Counted from the stretch's first letter, positions 25,075 through 34,261 are shown. The stretch: 64,000 nucleotides of DNA from Clostridia bacterium (GCA_045545055.1 JAZQAB010000087.1:8049-72048), one strand, 5' to 3'. The notes: generated by a model not told the origin, from the letters alone. Made by a program: numbers and translations.

Positions 25075-27000
25075 ATGCAGTCTAAAGTACTTGGTTCCAG
25101 ATACGAATTGCTTGAACAAATCGGCATGGGCGGAATGGCAATCGTATATAAAGCTATGGATAAGATGCTTAACAGATATGTTGCAATAAAGGTTCTTCGG
25201 GAAGAATTTAAGGAAAACGAAGAATTTATAAGAAGATTTAATGTAGAGTCTCAGGCGGCGGCAAGTCTTTCGCACCAGAACATCGTTCAGATTTACGATG
25301 TAGGCGAGGAGGACGGTCTTCATTACATAGTAATGGAGCTTTTGGAGGGTGAAACCTTAAAGCAGTACATCACCGCTAAAGGCGGCAAGCTTACCGTCAG
25401 AGAAGCTACCAATTTCTCAATGCAGATATGCAGAGCGTTGGAGCATGCTCATTCAAAGCACGTTGTTCACAGAGATATTAAGCCGCAGAACATTATCATT
25501 ACGGAAAGCGGAAAGCTTAAGGTTGCCGATTTCGGCATAGCGAGAGCCGCAAATAATTCCACCATGGTAAATGCAGGGAAAAATGCAATCGGAAGTGCAC
25601 ACTATCTTTCCCCGGAACAGGCAAGGGGCGGTTATACTGACCTTAGGAGTGACATTTATTCCCTTGGCGTGGTTATGTATGAAATGTTCACCGGCTCGCT
25701 TCCCTTTGACGGAGAAGAAAGCATCAGCGTGGTTCTTCAGCATTTGCAGGAGGAGGCGGTTCTTCCCTGTGAGGTAAATCCCGAGCTCCCTGCCGGAATT
25801 GAGGCGATAATTGTTCGCTGTATGAAAAAGGAACAGCGTTTCAGATACAATAATGCAACGGAAATTCTTCAGGACCTTGTAAAGGTATACCAGAATCCCT
25901 CAATCGCTATCTCGCACTTAAATGCATATGACAGCGAGGGCATGGAGGACATTCCCAAGCGAAGCCCGTTACAAAAAAGGCGTGCCTTGGGACAAGGCGG
26001 AAAAAACCATAAAAAGAAAACTAACAGAGCTCTTATGATAACCATTATCATAGGTCTTGCCGCTGTAATAGCACTTATGGTTTTGGGAATAAGACTGCTT
26101 TTCCCACGGAGCGAGGAGGTCAAAATTCCCAACGTGGTTGGTATGAAGTATGATGATGCCCTGCTTGCGGTAAGCGAAGCATCTACGGACAGCGTGGAAT
26201 TCACGCTGGTACAAAGCAGTGAAAAATGCTCCGATGAGCCTAAGGGCACAATCATAAATCAGGACCCCGAAGGAAACTTTAACGTTAAAAAATCAAGAGA
26301 AATAAAGGTTGTTGTCAGCAAGGGACCCGAAGCACTTGTTCTTCAAAGCTATAAAAACAAGCACTATAAGAGCGTGAAAGAGAAGCTTGAAGATAAAGGG
26401 CTTAAGGTAACGATTGAAGAGGAGGACAACGAGGATTATAACGAAGGAATAATCTTCAAGCAGTTCCCCTCCGACGGAAAAACCATGGCAAAGGGCGAGG
26501 AGGTTATCCTCTACGTGTCTAAAGGTACAGAGCAAAAAATTGTTCCCGACTTAGTGGGAAAAACCCGTGCCGAAGCACTTCTTGCCATTGAAGAAAAGGG
26601 ACTTAAGGTAGGCTCGGTAAAGGAAGCCTCCAGTGAAAAATATCCCAAAGGACAGGTGTTCAGACAAAGCATAGACGCTTATGAAACCGTTCCTGCAGGA
26701 ACACAGATAGACCTTCATATTTCAACGGGAGAAAAGGCAGAAGATGATGACGAAACCGGCAAGCCTCCGGCAAAACCCGACAAAACCCCAAAACCCAAGA
26801 CGGTTTCCCTGAAGCTTACAAGCCTTCCCAAGGGAAAGCCCGTTACAGTGAAGTTAGTTTGTGACGGAGTTCCTATTTACGAAAGCGATATTACCACAAC
26901 TACAGGTACGGAGACAATTTCTTTCCAGATAGAAAAAACCTCCGGTCTCCTTATATATTATGACGGAGTTTATATCCGTCAGGAAGAGGTAAAATATTGA
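25075..27000 (+). CDS. prkC: Ser/Thr protein kinase with extracellular PASTA repeats
   Basis: Hanks kinase motifs HRDIKPQN and DFGIAR, one TM helix, then repeated PASTA-like modules (PNVVGM..., VPDLVGK...). Confidence 0.92.
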   Translation: MQSKVLGSRYELLEQIGMGGMAIVYKAMDKMLNRYVAIKVLREEFKENEEFIRRFNVESQAAASLSHQNIVQIYDVGEEDGLHYIVMELLEGETLKQYITAKGGKLTVREATNFSMQICRALEHAHSKHVVHRDIKPQNIIITESGKLKVADFGIARAANNSTMVNAGKNAIGSAHYLSPEQARGGYTDLRSDIYSLGVVMYEMFTGSLPFDGEESISVVLQHLQEEAVLPCEVNPELPAGIEAIIVRCMKKEQRFRYNNATEILQDLVKVYQNPSIAISHLNAYDSEGMEDIPKRSPLQKRRALGQGGKNHKKKTNRALMITIIIGLAAVIALMVLGIRLLFPRSEEVKIPNVVGMKYDDALLAVSEASTDSVEFTLVQSSEKCSDEPKGTIINQDPEGNFNVKKSREIKVVVSKGPEALVLQSYKNKHYKSVKEKLEDKGLKVTIEEEDNEDYNEGIIFKQFPSDGKTMAKGEEVILYVSKGTEQKIVPDLVGKTRAEALLAIEEKGLKVGSVKEASSEKYPKGQVFRQSIDAYETVPAGTQIDLHISTGEKAEDDDETGKPPAKPDKTPKPKTVSLKLTSLPKGKPVTVKLVCDGVPIYESDITTTTGTETISFQIEKTSGLLIYYDGVYIRQEEVKY

Positions 27001-27884
27001 CAGATACAAAACTTTGCGGAACAATTATAAAAGGAATAGGCGGATTCTATTACGTAAAAACAGAAAATGAAGTAATTGAATGCCACGCACGGGGAAAATT
27101 CAGAAAGGATGAGCTTTCCCCTATCGTGGGAGACCGGGTTGAGATTGCTCTTAATGCAGATTCTACGGGGCACATTGTAAAAATTTTTCCCAGAAAGAAT
27201 TTTCTCATAAGACCCGGAGTAGCCAATGTGGATATACTGGTGCTTGTATCTGCGGCAAAATCTCCCCTTCCCGATTTTTCACTTCTTGACAAGCTTTTGG
27301 TGATCGCCGAGAGCAAGAACATTAAATCTGTAATATGCCTTAATAAAACCGACCTTGCGAACTCTCTGGAGACGGAGCAATTTATGTCCGTATACCAAAG
27401 GGCAAACTATCCCTGCATTTGTGCCAGTGCCAAAACAGGCGAAGGAGTAGATGAAATCCGTAAGCTGATAAAGGGAAAAACCGTTGCTTTTGCAGGCCTT
27501 TCGGGGGTAGGAAAATCCAGCCTGCTTAAAAGAATTACGGGGATAGACCTTAAAACAGGTGATGTGAGCAAGATTCAGCGTGGAAAGCACACCACACGCC
27601 ATGTGGAGCTTATTTCTGCGGCTGACACCCTTGTATTTGATACACCGGGGTTTTCACGGCTTGATGCCGATGAACTCCGTGCAAACGAGCTGTGGCAGTA
27701 TTTTCCCGAAATTGTTCCCCTGCACGGTGAGTGCAAATTCCGCACCTGCAACCATGTGGGAGAAAAAGGCTGCTCGGTAAAGGAAGCTGTAGACGGCGGA
27801 AGCATTGCACCGAGCAGATATGAAAACTATGTGGCACTATTTAACAAGCTGAAAGATATAAAGGACTGGCAAAGAAAGGATTGA
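26997..27884 (+). CDS. rsgA: Ribosome small-subunit-dependent GTPase A
   Basis: Circularly permuted GTPase motifs NKTDL...GLSGVGKSSL...DTPGF and zinc knuckle CKFRTCNHVGEKGC. The TTG start overlaps the prkC stop. Confidence 0.9.
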   Translation: MTDTKLCGTIIKGIGGFYYVKTENEVIECHARGKFRKDELSPIVGDRVEIALNADSTGHIVKIFPRKNFLIRPGVANVDILVLVSAAKSPLPDFSLLDKLLVIAESKNIKSVICLNKTDLANSLETEQFMSVYQRANYPCICASAKTGEGVDEIRKLIKGKTVAFAGLSGVGKSSLLKRITGIDLKTGDVSKIQRGKHTTRHVELISAADTLVFDTPGFSRLDADELRANELWQYFPEIVPLHGECKFRTCNHVGEKGCSVKEAVDGGSIAPSRYENYVALFNKLKDIKDWQRKD

Positions 27885-27889
27885 TACTG

Positions 27890-28552
27890 ATGATTAAAAT
27901 TGCACCTTCATTACTTGCATCGGATTTCGGTGCACTGAGGAGCGACGTTCTCGCTATAGAAAAGGCAGGTGCCGACTGGGCACACATCGACATTATGGAC
28001 GGACACTTTGTTCCCAACCTCTCAATGGGGCCCGATATTGTAAAGGCTATCAGGAAGGATAGCGGTCTCTTTTTCGACTGCCACCTGATGGTAACTGACC
28101 CCAAAATGTTTGTAGAACCCTTTGTAAAGGCAGGGGCAGAGCTTATCACCTTCCACGCAGAATGTGTTGAGGATATGGATTCCCTTATTGACTATATCCA
28201 CTCCTTCGGTGTAAAAGCGGCAGTTGCAATCAAGCCTGCCACAAGCGAGGAGGTTCTTTTCCCCGTTTTGCACAAGCTTGACATGGTGCTTGTAATGAGC
28301 GTTGTACCTGGGTTTGGCGGTCAGAAGTTTATGAGCGAAGTTTTGGGCAAGGTGAAAAACATCCGTGCTCATGAGCATGGAAAGGATATCGATATTCAGA
28401 TGGACGGTGGAATAAATTCCGAGACCGCTGCACTTGCGGCAGAAGCAGGTGTAAATGTACTGGTTGCAGGAAGTGCAGTGTTTGCCAATCCCCCTTATGA
28501 CGAAACGATTGCACTTATCCGCAAAAATGCCGAGGAAAAATATAATGGCTGA
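27890..28552 (+). CDS. rpe: Ribulose-phosphate 3-epimerase
   Basis: IAPSLLASDF, HIDIMDGHFVPN and GFGGQKF motifs. Confidence 0.93.
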   Translation: MIKIAPSLLASDFGALRSDVLAIEKAGADWAHIDIMDGHFVPNLSMGPDIVKAIRKDSGLFFDCHLMVTDPKMFVEPFVKAGAELITFHAECVEDMDSLIDYIHSFGVKAAVAIKPATSEEVLFPVLHKLDMVLVMSVVPGFGGQKFMSEVLGKVKNIRAHEHGKDIDIQMDGGINSETAALAAEAGVNVLVAGSAVFANPPYDETIALIRKNAEEKYNG

Positions 28553-29171
28553 AAACAAAGAAGCGTGCCGCTTCACCCTCGTCGCACCCGAACATTGCAC
28601 GAACACAGTTTCATGCGAATTAAATTCACGCAAATTCCCATACAGAAATAAAGCCGTTTTACGCAGGGAATTTTTATCTCTGCGTAAAACGGCTGATTTG
28701 GTTGATTTAAGACTTGAGGATTTGGAAAACTACCCGGAATTTATTAAGGCTAAAACAGTTTTTTGCTACGTCTCCGCCAAAGGAGAAGTGGGAACGCATA
28801 CGCTGATTAAAGAGCTTTTAAAAGAAAAAGAGGTTGTCGTTCCCAAATGCATTGACAAAGAAGGCAATATGATAGGTGTTAAAATTACTTCCTTTAACGA
28901 ACTGAGGGAGGGCTTTTTCGGCATTTTGGAGCCTGAAAATTGGGTGGAGTTTCCAAAAGGCAGGATTGATTTTGCCATTGTTCCTGCAATTGCCTTTGAC
29001 GAAGAAGGCTATCGCCTCGGTTACGGCAAAGGGTATTACGACCGATTTCTAAGCGATATCAACCCCTATAAATTAGGAGTGTGTGCTAAGGACTTCTATC
29101 TCCCAAGCCTTCCTCACGATGAGCTTGATGTAAAAATGGACAGTGTGTTGGTTATTAAAGCTTGTGTATAA
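28545..29171 (+). CDS. 5-formyltetrahydrofolate cyclo-ligase (MTHFS) carrying a repeat-encoded N-terminal insertion
   Basis: The C-terminal 170 aa have the MTHFS pattern (KAVLRREFLSLRK..., VVVPKC, EPE, IDFAIVPAIAFDEEGYRLGYGKGYYDR). The only in-frame ATG is 28545, overlapping the rpe stop as ATGGCTGA. Codons 6-36 are encoded by a repeat element. Confidence 0.7.
   Translation: MAENKEACRFTLVAPEHCTNTVSCELNSRKFPYRNKAVLRREFLSLRKTADLVDLRLEDLENYPEFIKAKTVFCYVSAKGEVGTHTLIKELLKEKEVVVPKCIDKEGNMIGVKITSFNELREGFFGILEPENWVEFPKGRIDFAIVPAIAFDEEGYRLGYGKGYYDRFLSDINPYKLGVCAKDFYLPSLPHDELDVKMDSVLVIKACV
28557..28653 (-). repeat. Repeat family C, copy 1 (89-nt core flanked by AAAG) inside the MTHFS 5' coding region
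   Basis: AAAG-AAGCGTGCCGCTTCACCCTCGTCGCACCCGAACATTGCACGAACACAGTTTCATGCGAATTAAATTCACGCAAATTCCCATACAGAAAT-AAAG. Roughly 90% identical to 56967-57063. The minus-strand reading ends in GAAGCG-GCA-CGCTTC plus a T-rich run. Confidence 0.85.
28652..28694. other. Perfect 15-bp inverted repeat inside MTHFS codons
   Basis: AGCCGTTTTACGCAG (28652-28666), 13-nt loop, CTGCGTAAAACGGCT (28680-28694). Encodes ..AVLRREFLSLRKTA.. Confidence 0.8.
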
Positions 29172-29193
29172 AGCTTCAATGGGCTAATTATAA

Positions 29194-29231
29194 AGAGGCA
29201 GTAGCAAAATTAACATTTTGCTACTGCCTCT
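29194..29231. terminator. Bidirectional terminator between the convergent MTHFS and aspartate kinase genes
   Basis: AGAGGCAGTAGCAAAA-TTAACA-TTTTGCTACTGCCTCT, a 16-bp perfect stem. Confidence 0.65.
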
Positions 29232-29259
29232 CATTAAAAGCATACTAAATTCGCTACGC

Positions 29260-30471
29260 TCAGTCAGCAAGGTTGAATTTGCTGTGTATCGCTCTTACTG
29301 CGTTTTCTGCGTCCTTTCTGTCTATAAGAACGCTTACACGGATTTCGCTTGTGGAAATCATCTGAATATTGATTCCTGCATCATAAAGTGCCTCAAACAT
29401 CGTTGCGGCAACACCGGGGTTTGATGTCATACCTGCACCTACAATGGAAATCTTTGATACGTTTTCATCGTGAATAACCTTTTCAGCACGAATGATTGCG
29501 TTATTTTCATTAATTACATTAAGTGCTGTTTCAAGGTCGCCTGCTCCTACGGTGAAGCTGATATCCTTGCTTCCGTCACGACCGATTGACTGAAGAATAA
29601 TATCAACATTTACCTTTTTCTTTGCCAAAAGCGAGAATATCTGGAAAGCCTTTCCGGGCTTATCATCAATATTTACAAGAGCAATTCTTGCAACATCATT
29701 ATCACGGGCAATACCTCTGATTAACATTTTTTCCACTGTGTTTTCCTCCTTAACAATAGTGCCGGGAACTTTTTCAAAGCTTGACAGCACTTCCATATTT
29801 ACATTAAATTTCTTTGCAAGCTCCACGCTTCTGTTATGAAGCACGTTTGCACCTGCACTTGCCAACTCCAGCATTTCATCGTAAGTAATTTCGTTAAGCT
29901 TTCTTGCCTCAGGCACGATTCTGGGGTCGGTTGTGTACACACCTGTTACGTCGGTGAATATCTGACAAAGGTCAGCACCCAAAGCCGCCGCAAGAGCAAC
30001 TGCCGATGTATCCGAGCCGCCTCGTCCGAGGGTTGTAATATCATCAAACTTATTAATACCCTGGAAGCCTGCCACGATAACAATTTTCTTTTTATCAAGC
30101 TCCAGATGAACTCTTTCGCCAATGATACGCTTAATGCGAGCCTTTGAATAATTGCTGTCAGTATTTACACCTGCCTGCCAGCCTGTAAGGGAAACAACGG
30201 GTCTGCCCAGCTTTTCAATAGCCATTGCAAGAAGGGACATTGAAATCTGCTCACCTGCCGAGAGAAGAACGTCCATTTCTCTTTTTGATGCGTTTTTGTT
30301 GATTTCTGCCGCTTTTTCCAGCAAATCATCTGTAGTGTCACCCTGTGCGGAAACAACTACCACAACATCATTACCCTCGTCGTAAGTTTCCACAATACGA
30401 CCTGCTACACGGAAAACTCTTTCCGCATTGGCAACACTGCTGCCGCCGAATTTTTGTACTATTAAACCCAC
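29260..30471 (-). CDS. Aspartate kinase
   Basis: MGLIVQKFGGSSV N-terminus, GRGGSDTSA motif and two C-terminal ACT repeats. Confidence 0.92.
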   Translation of the reverse strand: MGLIVQKFGGSSVANAERVFRVAGRIVETYDEGNDVVVVVSAQGDTTDDLLEKAAEINKNASKREMDVLLSAGEQISMSLLAMAIEKLGRPVVSLTGWQAGVNTDSNYSKARIKRIIGERVHLELDKKKIVIVAGFQGINKFDDITTLGRGGSDTSAVALAAALGADLCQIFTDVTGVYTTDPRIVPEARKLNEITYDEMLELASAGANVLHNRSVELAKKFNVNMEVLSSFEKVPGTIVKEENTVEKMLIRGIARDNDVARIALVNIDDKPGKAFQIFSLLAKKKVNVDIILQSIGRDGSKDISFTVGAGDLETALNVINENNAIIRAEKVIHDENVSKISIVGAGMTSNPGVAATMFEALYDAGINIQMISTSEIRVSVLIDRKDAENAVRAIHSKFNLAD

Positions 30472-30476
30472 TATAA

Positions 30477-31685
30477 TTACCTCCTTGGGATTAGTCTTAT
30501 TTTGTTTATCGCACCGCCGATTTTTTCAATATCGGCAGCAAGCTTTCCAATTTTTATCTCATCGGTTACAAAGCCGTAATCATTAACACCTTTTATAAAT
30601 TCTCTGTCTCCGAAAACCTCTCTCGCCACAGGAATCCGGCTTTCTTCTATACGAACAAAGAATTTTGCCTCTACATCTTCATATGGGATAAAGCTTTCCC
30701 TGTCACTTGCCTCCCAGCTAAAATAGGGATTATATTCTCCGCTGCGGACAATATCCACCACGTCGCCTACTACTGCACTGGCGGTTGGAAGCTTACCTGC
30801 CCCTCTGCCGTAGAACATAAGGGTATCTACCATGTTTCCCTTTACCATAACGCTGTTGAAAACATCCTGGGCTGTTGAAAGGGGACAGCTTTCGGGGATA
30901 AGCATCGGTTCAACGGAGGCATTTACCTTGCCGTCCTTTATAAAGCCGCAGCCAATAAGCTTGATTGTACAGCCGATTGCCGCTGCATATGTCACGTCCT
31001 CTGCAGTTATTGTACGGATACCTGCCGTATGCACCATTTCCGAGGGAATCTTTTTTCCCGTAACAAGCGACATAAGGATTGAAATTTTTCTGCATGCATC
31101 AAATCCGTCCACATCTGCCGTGGGGTCCTTTTCCGCATATCCAAGCTCCTGTGCCGTTTTAAGTGCACCCTCAAAGGACTCGTTTTCCTTAAACATCTTT
31201 GTCAGAATGTAGTTTGTGGTTCCGTTAAGAATACCCGAAATCTCATAAATATCATTTGCTGCCACATCATTTGCCAAGGGGCGGATAATTGGAATACCGC
31301 CGCCGACGCTTGCCTCGTAAAGATAGCGTACATTCTTCTCCTTTGCAATGCGGAAAAATTCATCGCCGTGTGCGGCAACAAGCTCCTTATTGCTTGTAAC
31401 AACGCTCTTTCCCGAGGAAAGAAGTGCCTTTGTATATTCATAGGCAAACTTTATACCGCCCATTGTTTCCACAACAATATCTATCTCACCATCTCCTACA
31501 AGGTCATTGAAATCCTTTGTGAAAAGCTGTGCTTCTTCATGGGCTGAAAAATCACGAATGTCAAGAATCCTTTTAACGTCGATTTCTTCCCCTGCATTTT
31601 TTGTGAGAATATCTTTATTTTTTCTTATTATCTCATACACTCCCGAGCCTACAACTCCGAAGCCGATAATTCCGATTTTCTTCAT
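30477..31685 (-). CDS. hom: Homoserine dehydrogenase
   Basis: IGIIGFGVVGSG NAD-binding fold, central catalytic domain and C-terminal ACT-like domain. 5 nt upstream of the aspartate kinase gene. Confidence 0.92.
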   Translation of the reverse strand: MKKIGIIGFGVVGSGVYEIIRKNKDILTKNAGEEIDVKRILDIRDFSAHEEAQLFTKDFNDLVGDGEIDIVVETMGGIKFAYEYTKALLSSGKSVVTSNKELVAAHGDEFFRIAKEKNVRYLYEASVGGGIPIIRPLANDVAANDIYEISGILNGTTNYILTKMFKENESFEGALKTAQELGYAEKDPTADVDGFDACRKISILMSLVTGKKIPSEMVHTAGIRTITAEDVTYAAAIGCTIKLIGCGFIKDGKVNASVEPMLIPESCPLSTAQDVFNSVMVKGNMVDTLMFYGRGAGKLPTASAVVGDVVDIVRSGEYNPYFSWEASDRESFIPYEDVEAKFFVRIEESRIPVAREVFGDREFIKGVNDYGFVTDEIKIGKLAADIEKIGGAINKIRLIPRR

Positions 31686-31714
31686 ATGCTAACCTTCCTT
31701 TGTAAAACCTTTTA

Positions 31715-32149
31715 CTATTGCTTGGCAAGGATATTTACCTTTCGTACGCCCCGAACCATCTGAAGTCCCGAAATAAGGCGGTCGGTGCTGAGACGCATGT
31801 TTTCCGTCTGAACGGTAATTGTTATATTTGCAACACCGTTTATGGGGACATTCTGATTTATTGTTAAAATATTGCAGCCTGCATCGCTCATAAACGATAG
31901 CATATCACTGAGGACGCCCTTTAAGTCAATTGCTGCTATAAGGAGCGTTAAAATTCCCTGCATCTGATTAAAGGGGAAAACGTAGTCCTTATATTTATAA
32001 TACGCACTCCTTGATACTTCTGCCATATCTGCCGCTTCGTTTACAGTTTCCGCCTCTCCCGATTCCAAAAGCTCTTTAACCTTTAAAACCTTGTGATAAA
32101 CAGGGGGAAGTACCGACAAATCGGCAATTACAAGCTTTTTCTGCTCCAT
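31715..32149 (-). CDS. UPF0735 ACT-domain protein (PheB-like)
   Basis: LKVKELLESGEAETVNEAADMAEVSRSAYYKYKDYVFPF plus a C-terminal ACT domain closely parallels B. subtilis PheB. Start ATG 32149. Confidence 0.7.
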   Translation of the reverse strand: MEQKKLVIADLSVLPPVYHKVLKVKELLESGEAETVNEAADMAEVSRSAYYKYKDYVFPFNQMQGILTLLIAAIDLKGVLSDMLSFMSDAGCNILTINQNVPINGVANITITVQTENMRLSTDRLISGLQMVRGVRKVNILAKQ

Positions 32150-32182
32150 GTGTCCACCACCCGTGTACATTTGTCTTTTGAT

Positions 32183-32211
32183 ATAATACCACTAATAGGG
32201 ACAATTGTCAA
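32183..32211 (-). promoter_or_regulatory. Sigma-A-type promoter of the ACT-hom-aspartate kinase operon
   Basis: Minus strand TTGACA (32206-32211), 17 nt, TATTAT (32183-32188). Confidence 0.5.
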
Positions 32212-32257
32212 GGAAAAAATAATAAAATGGGGATGATTCGGTGCCGGACACGCTTTG

Positions 32258-32295
32258 AATGCGAAATGCGAAATGCGAAATGCGAACTTCGCATT
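32258..32295 (+). repeat. Heptad-repeat element, copy 3 (units only, ending in a palindrome over the rsmI stop)
   Basis: 4x AATGCGA (32258-32285), then ACTTCGCATT. AATGCGAACTTCGCATT (32279-32295) is an 8-bp-arm palindrome that overlaps the rsmI stop codon at 32294-32296. Confidence 0.8.
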
Positions 32296-33133
32296 ATATT
32301 TTATATTCATTATATATATCCCGCTTACTTACGCCACGGTCTTTTGCTGTCTTCTTCAATGCTTCCTTTTCGTCAATACCCTGCTTTATATACATTTCCA
32401 CATGTTCGGAAACGGACATCTTCTGCCATGCGGCTTCCCTTTCGGCTTCTATATCCTCGCTCCTTTTGCCCTCAATGACAAGGACAAATTCGCCCCGAGG
32501 GGGGTTTTCTTCATATTTGTTTATTGCATCGGAAATGGTTGTGCGGACAAATTCCTCGTAAATTTTCGTTATTTCACGACAAAGGGCTATTCGCCTGTCC
32601 CCTAAGACTATCAGCATATCACGAAGCGTGGAAAGAAGCTTGTGGGGTGCTTCGTAAAAAATCATGGTACGCTGTTCCGCTAAAAGCGATTTAAGATGCT
32701 CCGTTCTCCCTCTTTTATTCACTGTAAGAAATCCCTCAAAGGTAAACCGCTGTGTGGAAAATCCGCTCGAAATAAGGGCATTTATCCCTGCGACCGCACC
32801 GGGAACGGGGACAACATCAATCTCCGCTTCTATGCACATTTTCACCAAATCCTCACCGGGGTCGCTTACGGCAGGTGTTCCGGCATCGCTTACAAGGGCA
32901 ATATTCTTTCCTTTTTTCATTTCGGAAATGAGGTACTCCCCTTTTTCCTTTTTATTGTGCTCAAAGTAGCTGGTAAGGGGTTTTTCTATATCAAGATGAT
33001 TTAAAAGTCCTAAGGTTCTCCGTGTATCCTCCGCCGCAATCAGGTCAACGCTCTTTAAGGTTTCCACGCACCTGTAGGTGATATCTCCCAAATTTCCTAT
33101 GGGTGTGGCACATAAATATAATTTTCCGTTCAT
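32294..33133 (-). CDS. rsmI: 16S rRNA (cytidine1402-2'-O)-methyltransferase
   Basis: GKLYLCATPIGNLGDIT N-terminus and a tetrapyrrole-methylase-fold pattern. Confidence 0.9.
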   Translation of the reverse strand: MNGKLYLCATPIGNLGDITYRCVETLKSVDLIAAEDTRRTLGLLNHLDIEKPLTSYFEHNKKEKGEYLISEMKKGKNIALVSDAGTPAVSDPGEDLVKMCIEAEIDVVPVPGAVAGINALISSGFSTQRFTFEGFLTVNKRGRTEHLKSLLAEQRTMIFYEAPHKLLSTLRDMLIVLGDRRIALCREITKIYEEFVRTTISDAINKYEENPPRGEFVLVIEGKRSEDIEAEREAAWQKMSVSEHVEMYIKQGIDEKEALKKTAKDRGVSKRDIYNEYKI

Positions 33134-33145
33134 AGCAAATATCCT

Positions 33146-33865
33146 TTATTTTAAAGATTGAATATAATTTCCGTCCCTGTCGTACATAAAGATGGCACTT
33201 TCAAGCTTTAGCTGCGGCTTTCCGTCCAGTGCCCCCTCAACCAAAATCAGATTTGCCGCCTTTCCCTCGGAGGGGTATACTACGCTGAGACGTTTTGGCT
33301 CAATTTTATATTTTCTGAAGGCTGATATGACATCGCACATTCGGTCGGTCCGATGCACCATAAAAAGCTTGCCTCCCGATTTAAGCACTGCCGCCGCACT
33401 TTTTACTACACCGTCTAAGGTGCAGGCAATTTCGTGGCGTGCTATGGCAAGAGCGTCCTTGGGATTTACGATTCCTCCCCCTGCGTTCATATAGGGAGGA
33501 TTGCAGGTAACTGCATCAAAAACGTGCCTGCCAAAAAGGGTGGGAGCATCATTAAGGTCTGCATTATGTACGATTATCTTATCCGACAGCTTGTTAAGCT
33601 CCATAGTTCTTTTCGCCATGTCGCTTACCTCCGGAACAATTTCTACCGCATCAATCTGTAAAAGCTCCTGCATTCCCCACAAAAGCACGGGAATAATACC
33701 CGTTCCCGTACACATATCAAGCACCCTTGCCCCTTTTTTAAGCTTTACAAACCTTGAAAGAAGCACTGCATCGCTTCCGAAACAGAAACCGTCCTTATTT
33801 TGTATTATTTTATATCCTTTAAGACCTAAGTCCTCTACTTTTTCATTATCTAAAACTAAATCCAT
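33146..33865 (-). CDS. SAM-dependent N6-adenine methyltransferase (tRNA1(Val) m6A37 YfiC/TrmN6-like)
   Basis: SAM motif LDMCTGTGIIP and NPPY catalytic motif. Start trimmed to ATG 33865 (MDLVLDNEKVEDL). The track's 5' extension overlaps the ferredoxin gene. Confidence 0.8.
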   Translation of the reverse strand: MDLVLDNEKVEDLGLKGYKIIQNKDGFCFGSDAVLLSRFVKLKKGARVLDMCTGTGIIPVLLWGMQELLQIDAVEIVPEVSDMAKRTMELNKLSDKIIVHNADLNDAPTLFGRHVFDAVTCNPPYMNAGGGIVNPKDALAIARHEIACTLDGVVKSAAAVLKSGGKLFMVHRTDRMCDVISAFRKYKIEPKRLSVVYPSEGKAANLILVEGALDGKPQLKLESAIFMYDRDGNYIQSLK

Positions 33866-33889
33866 TTTCCTGCTCCTTTTGAGAAAGTA

Positions 33890-33917
33890 AAAGCCGCCGA
33901 AAAATTTCAGCGGCTTT
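33890..33917 (-). terminator. Hairpin after the ferredoxin gene (minus strand)
   Basis: AAAGCCGC-12 nt-GCGGCTTT. On the minus strand it is followed by the U-rich TACTTTCTC. Confidence 0.45.
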
Positions 33918-33935
33918 TCTTTCTTAAATCTCCGA

Positions 33936-34109
33936 TTATTCAGCGGGGTTGGGAGCTGCAACAGGGCATACACCTGCACAAGCACCGCACTCGATGCAAG
34001 CATCAGCGTCGATTTCGTACTTTCCGTCGCACTCTGTAATGCATTCTACGGGGCACTCACCTGCGCAAGCACCGCAACCGATGCACTCTTCGTTAATTTT
34101 ATAAGCCAT
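33936..34109 (-). CDS. 2x[4Fe-4S] ferredoxin (57 aa)
   Basis: Hand translation gives MAYKINEECIGCGACAGECPVECITECDGKYEIDADACIECGACAGVCPVAAPNPAE, with two CxxCxxCxxxCP motifs. RBS AGAGGTG lies upstream. Below the 60-aa cut-off of the ORF track. Confidence 0.88.
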   Translation of the reverse strand: MAYKINEECIGCGACAGECPVECITECDGKYEIDADACIECGACAGVCPVAAPNPAE

Positions 34110-34142
34110 TGTCTACACCTCTTTTTCATAGATTCTACCTAC

Positions 34143-34170
34143 ATTGTAGCATAAAAATCATAAATTTCAA
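34143..34170 (-). promoter_or_regulatory. Promoter of the ferredoxin gene
   Basis: Minus strand TTGAAA (34165-34170), 16 nt ending TGC, TACAAT (34143-34148). Confidence 0.45.
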
Positions 34171-34200
34171 TAGTTTTTTTTGCTTTTATGCTCTTTTTGC

Positions 34201-34229
34201 TTGAATATGGCGGTTTTTTTATATATAAT
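34201..34229 (+). promoter_or_regulatory. Promoter of the EIIC-like/dusB unit
   Basis: TTGAAT (34201-34206), 17 nt, TATAAT (34224-34229). Confidence 0.45.
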
Positions 34230-34261
34230 ATAGGAAATAATAATACGATGGGATAGTGTTG

